Shown: positions 20,168-31,771 of the stretch, piece by piece
Position numbering within the stretch: the stretch's first letter is position 1
Layout: the number at the start of each line of letters is the position of its first letter
DNA from: Clostridia bacterium
Lineage (GTDB): Bacteria; Bacillota; Clostridia; Christensenellales; UMGS416
Direction of reading: 5' to 3'
Length of the DNA stretch: 64,000 nucleotides
Assembly (NCBI GenBank): GCA_016938675.1
Contig: JAFGUF010000012.1
Location: 70,076-134,075, forward strand
Notes under the pieces: generated by a model
The model's database searches: none
Told to the model about the DNA's origin: nothing
Seen by the model: only the letters and a program-made list of their open reading frames with translations
Position numbers and translations under genes: made by a program

Positions 20168-21091
20168 ATGATTGAGATAAAAAACGCTGTCAAGAGTTTC
20201 GCGGAATACAAAGCGATAGATAACATCTCCTGCAGCATTGAGTGCGGCTCAATATTCGGCATCGTCGGCTCAAACGGAGCCGGAAAGTCAACACTGCTAA
20301 GAATGCTCTGCGGAGTATACTCAGCAGACAGCGGCGAAGTAATGCTGGATGGCAAAGCTGTATATGATAACCCGTCTGCAAAAGAAGACATTGTCTTCAT
20401 TGCCGATACGCCGCCCGTTGAGCTTGGCATCACACTTAAAAACCTTGCTAAGGAATACGCAGCATACTACGAGAATTTCGACAAAGATGAATACAAGACC
20501 CTGATCAAAATCTTCAGCCTGGATGAAAGCATGCCGTTAAGCAGCTATTCCAAGGGGATGCTCAGGCAGGCAATGATCATCATTGCGCTGTGCTGCAACA
20601 CAAAATATATAGTGCTTGACGAAACTATGGACGGCCTGGACGCCGTAGTACGCGGCCTCGTGAAGAAAAAGATATACGCCCGAGTGATGGATTCCAATAC
20701 AACGGTCATCATATCTTCCCATTCATTAAGGGAGCTTGAGGATTTCTGCGATTCCCTTATCCTCATCCACAAAGGCTCTGTCGTATTCGAGCGCAAGCTT
20801 GATGAGCTAGGCTCTGACTACGTCAAAATTCAGGCAGCTTTCAAGGATGACTCCGCAGTTGAAATCCTGAAAAAGATGCCTGAGATTATTAAATGCAAAA
20901 AGACCGGCACAGTATACAGCCTGACTGCCAAAGGCGCTGAGGAGGCTATCGTTGCGAAGCTTAAGGGACTCAATCCTTTGCTTCTGGATGTTGTCCCGCT
21001 GTCACTGGAAGAGATCTTCGCCTTTGAGCTGCAGGAATTAGGCTACGCAGTGGATATTGAAGAAGACGAACTTAACTCGGAGGAAAAATAA
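20168..21091 (+). CDS. ABC transporter ATP-binding protein (YtrB-like)
   Basis: GSNGAGKST, YSKGM, LDETMDGLD, SSH. Confidence 0.9.
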   Translation: MIEIKNAVKSFAEYKAIDNISCSIECGSIFGIVGSNGAGKSTLLRMLCGVYSADSGEVMLDGKAVYDNPSAKEDIVFIADTPPVELGITLKNLAKEYAAYYENFDKDEYKTLIKIFSLDESMPLSSYSKGMLRQAMIIIALCCNTKYIVLDETMDGLDAVVRGLVKKKIYARVMDSNTTVIISSHSLRELEDFCDSLILIHKGSVVFERKLDELGSDYVKIQAAFKDDSAVEILKKMPEIIKCKKTGTVYSLTAKGAEEAIVAKLKGLNPLLLDVVPLSLEEIFAFELQELGYAVDIEEDELNSEEK

Positions 21092-21092
21092 C

Positions 21093-23300
21093 ATGAAGAA
21101 ATTTTTTACAAAAGATATCTATAAGCAGGTTATGAAAAAACTCAGCCTTACAGCACTTTTTACATTGGTGATTTCTGTAATGGCAACTATTATCATGATA
21201 GGTGAGCAGTTTTCCGGCTTTTACGGAATAGGTTCATTTTACTACAGGTATAACGGCTTTACTTTTATTGGCCAGCGCGGCTATACAGCGGCAGGCATTG
21301 CGCCCGTGCTTATCTTTGTTATGTATATAGCGCCTCTGCTTTTCAGCTATCTCGCGTTTAAATATCAAAACAAGAGATCGCTCTCGGATAAACAGCACTC
21401 CCTGCCCTACACTATGACTCAGCAGTTTGTTTCCCGCTTTCTTGCTGTAATTACTATTCTTTGGGCAATAATTATAATTACGCTGATTACCGCCTGGATA
21501 GCCCTCGCCGCGAAGTCAGCCATCTATCAGCCTTCCTATCTATTGCTTTCAGCTTTGGGATACATGGCAGGCTCGGCTTTAATAGCCGCCGTGATGTCCG
21601 CCGCCATGAGCTTTACGGGCAATTTGTTCGCCAATATTACAGTAGCGGGCGTACTGCTGTTTCTTCCGAGAACCATACTGTTTATTATTGGCCAGTCCTT
21701 CACAGGAATGATAGGCAATTATGTCCTGCTCAACAATACCAATATATTTCTTAACCCGGCATCTAATATACCCGTCGGCATACTTCTCGATATCTCAATG
21801 CTATGGGAATACCGCGGCGTGTCCGAGATACTGACAAGCGGGTCAAGCATTATATACACTTTGATTCTTGCGGCTTTTTACTTTGGTTTAGGTCTTTTGT
21901 TAAGCAAAAAAAGAAAATCAGAGCTTGCAGGAAGCAGCTTCAAAGGGAACACTCTTAAGTACATTTTCGCTTCGCTTATTGTCACGCCTATTGTTGCCTT
22001 TATGGCGTATTCACTCATATCAGAATTTGGCCGCAGCCACAGCCTGGCATATATTGAATTTAAACCATATATTATTATCCTGGCCTTCGCCATAATAATA
22101 TTTACAATAGTAGCATTTTTGTTTAAGATAAAACCAAAAAGCCTTCTTAAGGGATTACTTGTATTTGTCTGCGTTTCAGCAATATCTTCCGGCATACTCG
22201 TATCCGGAGCTGCTATTGCAAAGGCTGCATATCTGCGCCCTGTAGATGCTGACAAAGTAGAATATGTAATGATAGACTTAAGCCCTGAAAAAACATACAG
22301 GAATACTCCTGTGTATACATACGGCATGCTGCAGGCAAAAGGCGTAAAAGTATACGATACAGAGCTAATAGAGCTGCTTGCCGAGAATACACGCATTCAG
22401 TCAGGCATAATAAACGGCACACTGCCGACAGCAGAATATGAAGAATACGGATTATTCAATCCTAATCTTGTATGGTGTGAATTTCACCTGAAAAGCGGAA
22501 GGAAAATCGTGAGGAACGTAATGCTGAACGAAGGAGAAAATTCCCTCAATTTCACGAATCTTCTTCTTGCCAATGACGAATACTCCGAGGCTCTGCTAAA
22601 GACTCCCGATAAAGATGAACTGCAGGGATACCACGCTGGATATATTTTAAATGAAGAAAAACAAGCCATAGATATTGTTGTATCTACTCTTCTTGATGAA
22701 ATAAAGCTGGCCGATTCAGAGAAAAGAAACGTTATGCCCTATTATCTGGACATGTATGTTTCAAATATATACAATCCATACGATTCATACGGCTCGGTAG
22801 GCAGTATCTATGTATATGGCCAAACAAAGGATGGCGCCTACTCCAACACTTTCCAGATAAACAACCTTGTACCGGTATCCAAGCAGCTCTTCCTTAAGTC
22901 GAGTTTTATCATTAACAAGGACGCTGCGCAAAATGTCTACAAGATGATTCTTGAAAGAAACGACAGCATAAATTACATGAATATTCAGGTATGGCTGTGG
23001 GATAACAGCACCCCGGATGCCCCCTTTAGCAGTCTGATATATTATTCTGAGCCCGAAGAACGCAACACCATGGATCCTGAAGATATGGCTGCAATGCTGG
23101 AAGCTTTCAGCAAAACTACAGCGGATGAATTTGATACAACTGATAAATACGCTATTGTAAACATACAAATTAATACAATAGATGAATACTACGACACGGA
23201 TTATCTGGATGCCTACATTCCACTGACTGACGAACTGTATGAAGCCCTTATGCTGTTCGCTGAGGAAAGTATGATGCAGCCTACGCTCCCGAATGGCTAA
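21093..23300 (+). CDS. ABC transporter permease with large C-terminal extracytoplasmic domain
   Basis: About 9 TM helices with an HSLP.T motif. Starts right after the ATPase stop. Confidence 0.8.
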   Translation: MKKFFTKDIYKQVMKKLSLTALFTLVISVMATIIMIGEQFSGFYGIGSFYYRYNGFTFIGQRGYTAAGIAPVLIFVMYIAPLLFSYLAFKYQNKRSLSDKQHSLPYTMTQQFVSRFLAVITILWAIIIITLITAWIALAAKSAIYQPSYLLLSALGYMAGSALIAAVMSAAMSFTGNLFANITVAGVLLFLPRTILFIIGQSFTGMIGNYVLLNNTNIFLNPASNIPVGILLDISMLWEYRGVSEILTSGSSIIYTLILAAFYFGLGLLLSKKRKSELAGSSFKGNTLKYIFASLIVTPIVAFMAYSLISEFGRSHSLAYIEFKPYIIILAFAIIIFTIVAFLFKIKPKSLLKGLLVFVCVSAISSGILVSGAAIAKAAYLRPVDADKVEYVMIDLSPEKTYRNTPVYTYGMLQAKGVKVYDTELIELLAENTRIQSGIINGTLPTAEYEEYGLFNPNLVWCEFHLKSGRKIVRNVMLNEGENSLNFTNLLLANDEYSEALLKTPDKDELQGYHAGYILNEEKQAIDIVVSTLLDEIKLADSEKRNVMPYYLDMYVSNIYNPYDSYGSVGSIYVYGQTKDGAYSNTFQINNLVPVSKQLFLKSSFIINKDAAQNVYKMILERNDSINYMNIQVWLWDNSTPDAPFSSLIYYSEPEERNTMDPEDMAAMLEAFSKTTADEFDTTDKYAIVNIQINTIDEYYDTDYLDAYIPLTDELYEALMLFAEESMMQPTLPNG

Positions 23301-23323
23301 TATTCAACAATAGATAATATCGT

Positions 23324-23357
23324 TAATGCCCCCGGCTTAATTACCGGAGGCATTTTT
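23324..23357. terminator. Terminator between convergent genes
   Basis: AATGCCCCCGG..CCGGAGGCATTTTTG. Confidence 0.65.
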
Positions 23358-23379
23358 GTTTTAAACTTTTATATTTTAT

Positions 23380-24198
23380 CTAATCTTTTCCTGTCTGTGC
23401 AGGGCCATCGTACATAATGCTGCCATCTGTAAAACTATCAAAATCCAATACAAAGTATTCCATTAGTCCCATGCTGGAGTTGGGCTCAACACTGAAAACC
23501 AGATTCCACTCTCCGTCCTCCGTTGATGTGTAGTCCTGATAATAGGCATTGTTTTCATAGTTGCCGTCTTCCCATACAGCCGCGCGATAGAATCCCTCAT
23601 TATCCACAGCCAAAAGCGCCCAGTACCATTTGCTGGCTTCCAACTTGAGACTGCTTTCCCTGAATTCTGAATACTTCGCTATAAATACATGCCCATAGTT
23701 TACATGGTATGGCTCTCCGTTTTCAAACTGCATATACATTTCATTGTTGCCAAGCAGCATAATACGGTACATATCTGTGTTATCTGTCATAAATTTTACA
23801 AGTACAGCCTGTCCGTTGTTGCGGTTATCATACTTCAATGATTCATTCCTTCTAAACCATGTACCTTCATTTTCTGCAGCGAATATAAAATATGTGCCGT
23901 CATCACTTGGCTTTTTGATATCAATGTAGGCGAACTGTCCGCCCTCGTTTTCCGTCATGGATATTACATCTTCTCCGTTTATAACCCGTGGATTATTCAA
24001 AAGCTCTCCTGCCATAATCAATGGGTCATTTAGGTCAGGCTCGGGCTCTGGTGTCGGCTCTGGTGTCACTTCCGGCGTAGCTGGGGCTTCGGTTGCCTCC
24101 TGTGTCGGTACCATCGTTGGTGCGCTCTCCTCAGGAGCCGCACACGATGCCAGCAGCATAGCCGCAATTACAATTAATAGCAAAAATCCTCTTTTCAT
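23380..24198 (-). CDS. Hypothetical lipoprotein with Pro/Thr/Glu linker
   Basis: Lipobox LLASC, TPEP repeats, aromatic beta-rich domain. Confidence 0.75.
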   Translation of the reverse strand: MKRGFLLLIVIAAMLLASCAAPEESAPTMVPTQEATEAPATPEVTPEPTPEPEPDLNDPLIMAGELLNNPRVINGEDVISMTENEGGQFAYIDIKKPSDDGTYFIFAAENEGTWFRRNESLKYDNRNNGQAVLVKFMTDNTDMYRIMLLGNNEMYMQFENGEPYHVNYGHVFIAKYSEFRESSLKLEASKWYWALLAVDNEGFYRAAVWEDGNYENNAYYQDYTSTEDGEWNLVFSVEPNSSMGLMEYFVLDFDSFTDGSIMYDGPAQTGKD

Positions 24199-24456
24199 CT
24201 CATTCTTCCCTTCTTTTTGTTTTCATTCTCAGTATATATTAATATTATACATATAATGCTATTAATATACACATTTATACTATATTATACTCTATTTACT
24301 AAATATATCAATGTGCATGCTTATTTGCCACAAATTAAATATATATTTATGCACTTTACACCAATGTTAATTATTAATTAATTTGATATTACGAGTTGAC
24401 TTATATTCAATTATTTGATATTCTATTCAATATTATTTAACATTTTGGAGAAAACA

Positions 24457-25635
24457 ATGAAATTATTTAAACTCATAGGAAAAATTATTCTTGCTTTACT
24501 GGCTATATGCGTAATTGCCATAGGTATATTCCTGGCAGTTAACGTGGATTTTTCGAATCCTGACAGCCTTGAAGCATTTTTAGACAACAAAATGAAAAAG
24601 ATGGGTGTTGCAGGGCTTGCCTTTGCTGTAGTCGACGGTGAGGAAATATCGGAGTTCTATTCATACGGATACGCCGATATCGCAAACAAAACACCTATTA
24701 ATGAAGATACCATTTTCCAGATGGCCTCCGTTTCAAAAACCGTTACCGGTACAGCCATCATGCAGCTTAGCGAAGCAGGAAAAATAGATATAGATACGGA
24801 TATCAACGAGTACCTGCCGTTTAAGGTCAGCAATCCGCATCACCCGGAGACAACAATAACAACGAGAATGCTGCTTACACACACTTCCTCTATAATTGAT
24901 AACTGGGATGTCTACGATTCCTTCTACACCATTGATTCAGGCGGCGGGGACCCAACTATTAGCCTCGCTGACTTCAACAAAGGTTATCTGACACCAGACG
25001 GAGACTACTACGACACAGAGCTGAATTTTTCTGAGGAAGCTCCCGGAGCATATTATGAATATTCCAATTGCGGCTACGCGCTGCTTGGGTACATAGTAGA
25101 ATGCGTATCAGGCACAGAATTTAATAAATACTGCAATGAGAATATATTTACGCCCCTTGGAATGGACAGCACCAGATGGTTTTTGTCTGAAACTGATTTA
25201 TCCAGGCTGGCAAAACCTCACGAGGGTGAAAACGCACTTCCCTATTACAGCTTCGCCACATACCCGGACGGCTGCCTGAGAACTTCAGCAAATGACTACA
25301 GTAAATTTCTTTTGATGTATATGAACGGAGGCACGCTGGGCGGCGCAAAAATATTGGAGCAAAGCACTATTGAGGAGATGCTTAGGCCTCAGGTAATTGA
25401 TTTATATGAAAATCAGGGCATAACATGGGATCTTAAGGTGCCTGAGGAGATATTTATTAATTGCGACAGCTACGTATACGGTCATAGCGGCGGCGACCCG
25501 GGAATATCAACAATGGTTATGTTTAACCCGGAAACAAATAAAGCGGCTATTCTGCTTATAAACAGTGATCTGGAGCTGAAGGAAGTTCTTACATATCGTC
25601 AGATAATAAAGAGAATGGTTAGCGAGATATCATAA
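24457..25635 (+). CDS. Serine hydrolase, beta-lactamase class C/AmpC-like family
   Basis: SVSK (SxxK), LLTHTS, YSN and HSG motifs. N-terminal TM/signal. Start placed after GGAG. Confidence 0.88.
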   Translation: MKLFKLIGKIILALLAICVIAIGIFLAVNVDFSNPDSLEAFLDNKMKKMGVAGLAFAVVDGEEISEFYSYGYADIANKTPINEDTIFQMASVSKTVTGTAIMQLSEAGKIDIDTDINEYLPFKVSNPHHPETTITTRMLLTHTSSIIDNWDVYDSFYTIDSGGGDPTISLADFNKGYLTPDGDYYDTELNFSEEAPGAYYEYSNCGYALLGYIVECVSGTEFNKYCNENIFTPLGMDSTRWFLSETDLSRLAKPHEGENALPYYSFATYPDGCLRTSANDYSKFLLMYMNGGTLGGAKILEQSTIEEMLRPQVIDLYENQGITWDLKVPEEIFINCDSYVYGHSGGDPGISTMVMFNPETNKAAILLINSDLELKEVLTYRQIIKRMVSEIS

Positions 25636-25655
25636 TAATAGTCCTAGCATATTAC

Positions 25656-25682
25656 AAAGCGCCGCAATACTGCGGCGCTTTT
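25656..25682. terminator. Bidirectional terminator
   Basis: AAAGCGCCGCA-ATAC-TGCGGCGCTTT between convergent genes. Confidence 0.75.
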
Positions 25683-25704
25683 AATATTTATTTGATATTT
25701 GATT

Positions 25705-26913
25705 CTATTTCTTTCTTCCCCTGTTTATTATCGGCCTTGCAGCCGCACCCATTAATTTTAGCAGCGGGCTTTCCATTTCTTTGCCTATCTGCTTCATCGC
25801 ATTCCTTATTTCTAGGTTCTGCGGACATTTTTTCTCGCATTTGCCGCACTCAATGCAGCTGCTGGCGTAGTGCGCATTGCCGTCTGCCGTCATTATGCCG
25901 TTGTAGGCTATGTATTTCAGCTTGGCGCCTGCCTTTGAGAACATATGGTAGTTATTAAGCTCCTTCAATACTCCCGGAATATCAATCCCAACAGGACACG
26001 GCATGCAGTATCCGCAGCCAGTGCAGCCTATTGTCAATAGCTCAAGGTATTTATTTCTTACATCCGCTATTATTTTGTTTTCCTTTTCGTTCATAGCGCC
26101 GGGCATGGATTCGCTCGCCACTTTTATGTTTTCGTCTATATGCTCCATTTTGTTCATGCCCGATAGCAGCAGCGTAACCTGCGGATGATTATATATCCAT
26201 CTTAGTGCCCAGTCAGCAGGCTTTCTTTTTATTTCCGCTGTGTCGTATATTTTCTGTATCTCTTCGGGTATTTTATCCGTCAGCGAGCCTCCGCGCAAAG
26301 GCTCCATCACGATTATTCCCAATCCTTTATCTGCAGCGTATTCGATGCCCTTTATGCCCGCCTGATAGTTCTCGTCCAGAATATTGAACTGCACCTGACA
26401 GAAATCGAAATCATATCCGTCTACTATCTTGAAAAAGTCCTCCTGCTTGCCGTGGAAGGAGAAGCCCATGTGGCGCACTTTGCCCTCTTTTTTTATTTTG
26501 TCCATCCACTCCTTTATGCCAAGGTCCACCATCTTCTGCCAAGTGGATCCGCTGAGGCTGTGCAGCAGGTAATAGTCCACATAGTCAATATTAAGCTTGC
26601 TTAACTGCTTATTGAATATTTCGTCAAACTTTTCAGATTTGCTGATGGTAAAGCACGGCAGCTTCGTAGCAACATACACCTTTTCCCTTACTGCCTTGTC
26701 ATTGAGTATATGCTCCCCCAAGAAGCTCTCCGATGCCCCTCTGTGATATGGCCATGCTGTGTCCAGATAGTTTACTCCGCCTTCTATTGCGTGAAGCACC
26801 TGTCTTTTTGCTTCCTCTGCGTCTATGCTGCTGCCCTTCGTCGGCAGCCTCATGCATCCGTATCCGAGAACTGATAATTTGTCTTCGGACTTCGGCATTT
26901 TTCTGTACTGCAT
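25705..26913 (-). CDS. Aldo/keto reductase with C-terminal 4Fe-4S dicluster domain
   Basis: LGYGCMRLP, YLDTAWPY, MEPLRGG, CTGCGYCMPCP and CIECGKCEKKCP. Confidence 0.9.
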   Translation of the reverse strand: MQYRKMPKSEDKLSVLGYGCMRLPTKGSSIDAEEAKRQVLHAIEGGVNYLDTAWPYHRGASESFLGEHILNDKAVREKVYVATKLPCFTISKSEKFDEIFNKQLSKLNIDYVDYYLLHSLSGSTWQKMVDLGIKEWMDKIKKEGKVRHMGFSFHGKQEDFFKIVDGYDFDFCQVQFNILDENYQAGIKGIEYAADKGLGIIVMEPLRGGSLTDKIPEEIQKIYDTAEIKRKPADWALRWIYNHPQVTLLLSGMNKMEHIDENIKVASESMPGAMNEKENKIIADVRNKYLELLTIGCTGCGYCMPCPVGIDIPGVLKELNNYHMFSKAGAKLKYIAYNGIMTADGNAHYASSCIECGKCEKKCPQNLEIRNAMKQIGKEMESPLLKLMGAAARPIINRGRKK

Positions 26914-26962
26914 ATTTTCTCCTTTTTTCTACTTTATCCTTTATGTTACACCATGTAACTTA

Positions 26963-27469
26963 TCACTTTTTGACTGATAATTTGATGTCCTTAACCATTA
27001 TAAGCCAGTCGCCCATATCCCTATATACTTCAAATCCCTGATTTATGTAAAGCTTCAATGCGTAGTTATCCTTAGACACTGCAAGGCTGATTTTATCAAT
27101 CCCCTGCTCTGCCGCTAAGGCCTCCAGCTCCTTTATTAGCTTTGCTCCTATTCCTTTGCCGCGGAATCCCTCGGCTACTGCAATAGCTAGAACCGGCACA
27201 CAATCGTCCATGTATCCGCGCATTGCATCCTGCTCTTTCCATAGCCTGAACCACGCCGCTCCGGCAGGCACGGAATCAGCCATAGCTATTACGCCGGTGT
27301 CCTTTTCTCTATGCCCAAAGCCCTCCAGCGCCTTTTTTACCTCCGGATAGCTTAATCCTTCCTCAAAGCCCGGTGGGTTTTCGCCTCTGCGCCAGAATAC
27401 AGCTTCATAAAGCATCTTCCTTAAGAATTCAAAATCATTTACTTCTGTTTTTCTCAGGGTTACCTGCAT
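26963..27469 (-). CDS. GNAT family N-acetyltransferase
   Basis: IAV..FRGKGIG (motif A), N.ALKLY..GF. Confidence 0.88.
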   Translation of the reverse strand: MQVTLRKTEVNDFEFLRKMLYEAVFWRRGENPPGFEEGLSYPEVKKALEGFGHREKDTGVIAMADSVPAGAAWFRLWKEQDAMRGYMDDCVPVLAIAVAEGFRGKGIGAKLIKELEALAAEQGIDKISLAVSKDNYALKLYINQGFEVYRDMGDWLIMVKDIKLSVKK

Positions 27470-27608
27470 TTTTCCTCCGGCAGTTTATCTTTTATTGTGC
27501 TTTTTATATATTCTATCACAAGTAGTTGATTTTATAAATTTCTTTTGTACATTATGGATTTGAAATGTATAATAATAGAAATATAAAAAAATGACTTATG
27601 AGGCAAAA

Positions 27609-29117
27609 ATGATTAAGAAAATAACTATAGTGACCCTTTTTCTTTCTCTCCTATTGTGCGGCAGCGCTATGGCCAACGACGCAGGCAGCGTTTACATAGC
27701 GGAGGATCTATTCATTAAGGCCGCCCCAATCACCAAAAACCTGACAATCGGAGAGGAATTCAAATTCGAGGTTGAGTTTACAAATACCACCCCATACAAA
27801 ATGCGCATAGGCTACTGCACCAAAGTATTCGGCGGAGAGTATGATGTGTTCTATAATGACTCCGGCCAGCTTCATACAGAAATTCAAGACGATGATATCT
27901 ATATCGAGATTGAGCCCTTTGAGACACTGGAGGTTGAGTTTTCCTATATAATTTCTGATTCACTGGACTGGTACTATAAAAATGGCGAGTTCTACACCAG
28001 CTTGGACTGCCAATTCAGGTATTGGTTTGATTTGTCTGATGATGACAGGGATCAATTCCAGGCAGAAGGATACGAAGAATACGATTATGTAACCTATCTT
28101 AAAAATCCCATACCAATTAAGATAAACAATCTCAATGACGGAAAAGGCGTTTTTGATATATCAGTTACTTATCCTGAAAAACGGATTTCCTTCGTTCCCA
28201 TCAATTCTGATCTACAGGTACACTATGAAAGCAACACTTATACCGCAGAATATGAGACTATCGCATATTTGGCCAGTAATGCCGGAGCAATAGCTCACGT
28301 TAACAAGGGCGGCAGCATAGTTGAAGCAGGTGAAAACAGCACTGATATTGAATTCTCTTACTGGAATACATACTATATAGTTCGTGATGATATAGAGGAA
28401 AGCCTGAACGCGCCTGTAAAAATAATCATCCAGCTTGATGACGGGATGTATTACGCACTAGAATATAGTGAAGAGCGCGAGACATATTTTCCTGAACCCA
28501 TCGGTTTTTATATAGAGTATACGATACCCACAGATACTGACGGCGCAAATGTAACTGTAACAAACAAATACGATTGGGCTATAAAAAACATAGTTCTAAG
28601 CTTCCCCGTTGACATATTTAGTTATGAACCCAGCAGTGAAGATATTTTGATTTCCTACCTTGCGCCCGGAGAGAGCGTCACCTTCTACGCCGAAATGAAA
28701 AGTGAATATAAGGGTTCCTTTATGTACGGCTATATAGGAGATAACGATGATATGTATATGTTTTATTACTCTGGTTCCTACGATGGTAAGGTGTCTAAAT
28801 TCATCGAATACTCCTCCCACTTTGAAAGGGCATATGAGCCAAGCCCCTTGATGCACGCGCCCTATCCCCCAGCTACGCCAACTCCGGAATCAGCAATTGA
28901 GGCAACGCCCGATGTTTTGCCCACGCCTAGGCCATCTTCCATCGCTTCGTCGCCGCCTCAATACACAGATGCGCCTGCAGCGACACATATGAGCATCGTG
29001 AGCATCAGGAGCAAGGGCGATTTCCCAGCGTGGGTTTGGATGCTTTTTGCGCTGGCTTCAATAGCCTCGGTTATTCTCACTCTCTATTTGCTGATTAAAA
29101 GCAGGGATTCACAGTAG
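27609..29117 (+). CDS. Secreted protein with Ig-like domains, Pro/Thr linker and C-terminal TM anchor
   Basis: Signal peptide ending SAMA, two beta-sandwich-like segments (IEPFETLEV, LAPGESVTF), TPTP linker, C-terminal hydrophobic helix. Confidence 0.7.
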   Translation: MIKKITIVTLFLSLLLCGSAMANDAGSVYIAEDLFIKAAPITKNLTIGEEFKFEVEFTNTTPYKMRIGYCTKVFGGEYDVFYNDSGQLHTEIQDDDIYIEIEPFETLEVEFSYIISDSLDWYYKNGEFYTSLDCQFRYWFDLSDDDRDQFQAEGYEEYDYVTYLKNPIPIKINNLNDGKGVFDISVTYPEKRISFVPINSDLQVHYESNTYTAEYETIAYLASNAGAIAHVNKGGSIVEAGENSTDIEFSYWNTYYIVRDDIEESLNAPVKIIIQLDDGMYYALEYSEERETYFPEPIGFYIEYTIPTDTDGANVTVTNKYDWAIKNIVLSFPVDIFSYEPSSEDILISYLAPGESVTFYAEMKSEYKGSFMYGYIGDNDDMYMFYYSGSYDGKVSKFIEYSSHFERAYEPSPLMHAPYPPATPTPESAIEATPDVLPTPRPSSIASSPPQYTDAPAATHMSIVSIRSKGDFPAWVWMLFALASIASVILTLYLLIKSRDSQ

Positions 29118-29123
29118 CAAAGT

Positions 29124-29147
29124 AAAACCGTCGTAAATGGCGGTTTT
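29124..29147. terminator. Bidirectional terminator
   Basis: AAAACCGTC-GTAAAT-GGCGGTTTT. Confidence 0.65.
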
Positions 29148-29241
29148 AAATTATTATTTTATACTAATAAATAAAATATTTGGTATGTTCTTTTACTAAT
29201 ACAAATAGATAGGCTAATTTGTCAACATTAATGATTTGCTT

Positions 29242-31599
29242 TCAATTTGCGCCACAACATTTCTTGTATTTTTTACCACTGCCACATGGACATGAATCAT
29301 TACGACCAACATTCCTATATATTTTTACATCTTCCTTTGTTTTTGCAAGATAAAAGTCTTTTTCATTTATTTCTCCTTTAAAAAGCTTGATTATATCAAC
29401 TAAACAATGTATTTCTTTACTAATAGCCTGATTATTAATGTCAAATTTCATATCGGCTTTTTTACATATTGATAATTTTGAAAACCCACTCTTCATCCTG
29501 TTTATAACCTCTTCCATATGCATATTAAGTCTTTTGTCTATTACTAAATCCTCGGCTTCCTCTAGAATGTATAATATGTATTCACAATCACTAACTAGCT
29601 CTTCTGCGAGCTTAGTGAGAGAGATTGGCAAGCTATTACCAAATAGTAATCCTCTTTTCATCTCAACAATACCCTTTATTTTATCTAGTAAATGGGTGAT
29701 TATATTGAAATACATATCGTTAATTAGGTTCTTTTTGTTTGGAAAGGAGGGAAGCTTACTATTAAATATATATCTAATAAAGCCAAGCATATATATGGAA
29801 TTACTGTTCTCCAAATCTAGCTCTTTTAAATATCTAGTCTCCATTTGTATAGCACATAAAAGATTCCCATTTGAGTCATCAACATTTAAAAAAATCTTAT
29901 CATATTTTTCATCATATTTTACAATGGTATAGAATATTGATAATAAATTTTCACATGAACCTAGCCCCTCATCTTTTATGCATATTCCATTGATTTGAAG
30001 AATATACTCTCCATCTACTTCTTTCTCTGTTTTATTTGTTATAATAATACCTCGAAGCAATGGAACCATGTCGGCTTGCGTAATTGGCACATGCGTTTCC
30101 AAAGCTGAATGGACATCCTTGGCAAGTTGTATGAAATCATCATGGTTTAATAAGAATATCTCAAATGCATTTATTATTACATTTATGGTCTCTTGCAAAT
30201 GTGAGAATAGCTCCATGAACTCATCAAAACTAATTTCCTCATTTAACCCTTTCTTTTTATTTCTAAAATTTATTACTCTGTCTGTATTGTTGATTTCGTA
30301 ATCTACGTGAGCTTCTGCATGCCGAATAATTTGATTTACTCCATCAGTTAATCGGTCTAATTTATACTTGCTACTTAATGAACTAAACCTATTTACAATA
30401 TCGGAAAAGCCAATTGGCTTATTAAGCATACTAGAGTCATATGATTTATTTTTAAGAAGATCACAACAAATATAAAGAATAATTGAAGTATCTCTATATA
30501 CCCCTTCACATAAATCTTTATACCATTTTATAGTATTCAATATCACAATTTTTTCATCTGCGTTATTTGAACATATAAAAGAAGTTAATATATGTAGTTC
30601 ATAAATTTTATTCATCAAAAATATATATCTATCTTTATAGTCTGTAAAATATGCAGTAAATTCAACAGGTGCATTTGCGTAAGCTTTTTCTAAAATATTG
30701 TAAGCAGTGCTTAATTTTTTAAAGTATTCATTTTCATCAAAAAGTATTTAGCTGCCGTTCATATATACAGATAACAAAAGAAAATCATCAACTTTGTAAT
30801 CTTCATAATTTTTTGTTAGGTATTTTCTGAAATAATAAAATGAATCTTGGCTCAGCAGCTTTATTGTTTCATCAATACTTCCTTCGTTTTGGTTGAACAA
30901 AGTTAAAGCTGAAAAAGCAGAATAATTCATACCTCCATTGCTAAATAAATCAATTGCACTATCAATAGAAGCAGAGGAATATAATCTGTCTAAGATTCTA
31001 GTTTCACTAGATATTTCATTAAGTTTTTCCTGTCCAAGCATTTCTTTTTCTTTTGCAGATTCCAAGCTGTCAACAATAGTACAATCCAAAAATGTTATAT
31101 ACGCACTTTTTGTTGCTAACGCAATTCTTAATAAACGATTTTTTGCATTTTTGTTAAAAATATCTTTTGGCTTAAATTTCAGAGTATTAATTATTGGATT
31201 ATATATCTTTGAATAGAAATGCTCTAGCTCTGTGAGAGTATTATGAAAATCGTCAGAAGCAAGTGCTTCAGATGTTAAGTCTAGTTTTTCGAATAATTCA
31301 GGAGCTATAATTTCTTGTAGTATATTTATCTGTCTATGTATGTATTCGTGTTCATTATCTATTTTATCTAGTTGAATAGTATTTCCCCTAATTTTTTCCC
31401 TAAGTTCTCTAAGTTGAGATTCTTTTTGGGCAACAATATTAAATACTTGTTCCAATTTTCGTTGTCTTGTTTCATGCAATAACTCTTTTTTTTCTAAATC
31501 ATCAAATACTTCACCACAAATAGAACATTCTTCAGCTTTTGCATTGTTGATATGTCCTTGATTGCATTTAATTACACTAAAGTCTAGACTTATAATCAT
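29242..31599 (-). pseudogene. AT-rich Zn-ribbon + HEPN-like + SEC-C protein interrupted by a single in-frame TAA (30748-30750)
   Basis: The two track ORFs are in one frame and the gap translates openly (..[52 protein letters not shown]..). N-terminal CNQGH..CSIC, internal RHAEAH, C-terminal [18 protein letters not shown]. Confidence 0.75.
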
Positions 31600-31771
31600 T
31601 ACTTCTCCTTATTTTGAGCGTTAGAAGTCAATATATTTTTAAGTTTACATAGTTATTATAACATACATAATATAATTAATGTGGCTAAATATGTTAATAT
31701 AAAGAGTAATGATACTTAATTACTATAGATATCAGTGCTAATATGGGTTTGAGTCTAATAATTTCCATAAT

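Noticed and set aside
30748-30750. Selenocysteine/pyrrolysine recoding of the in-frame stop
   Set aside because: The codon is TAA, not TGA or TAG, and other genes in the window terminate at TAA normally.
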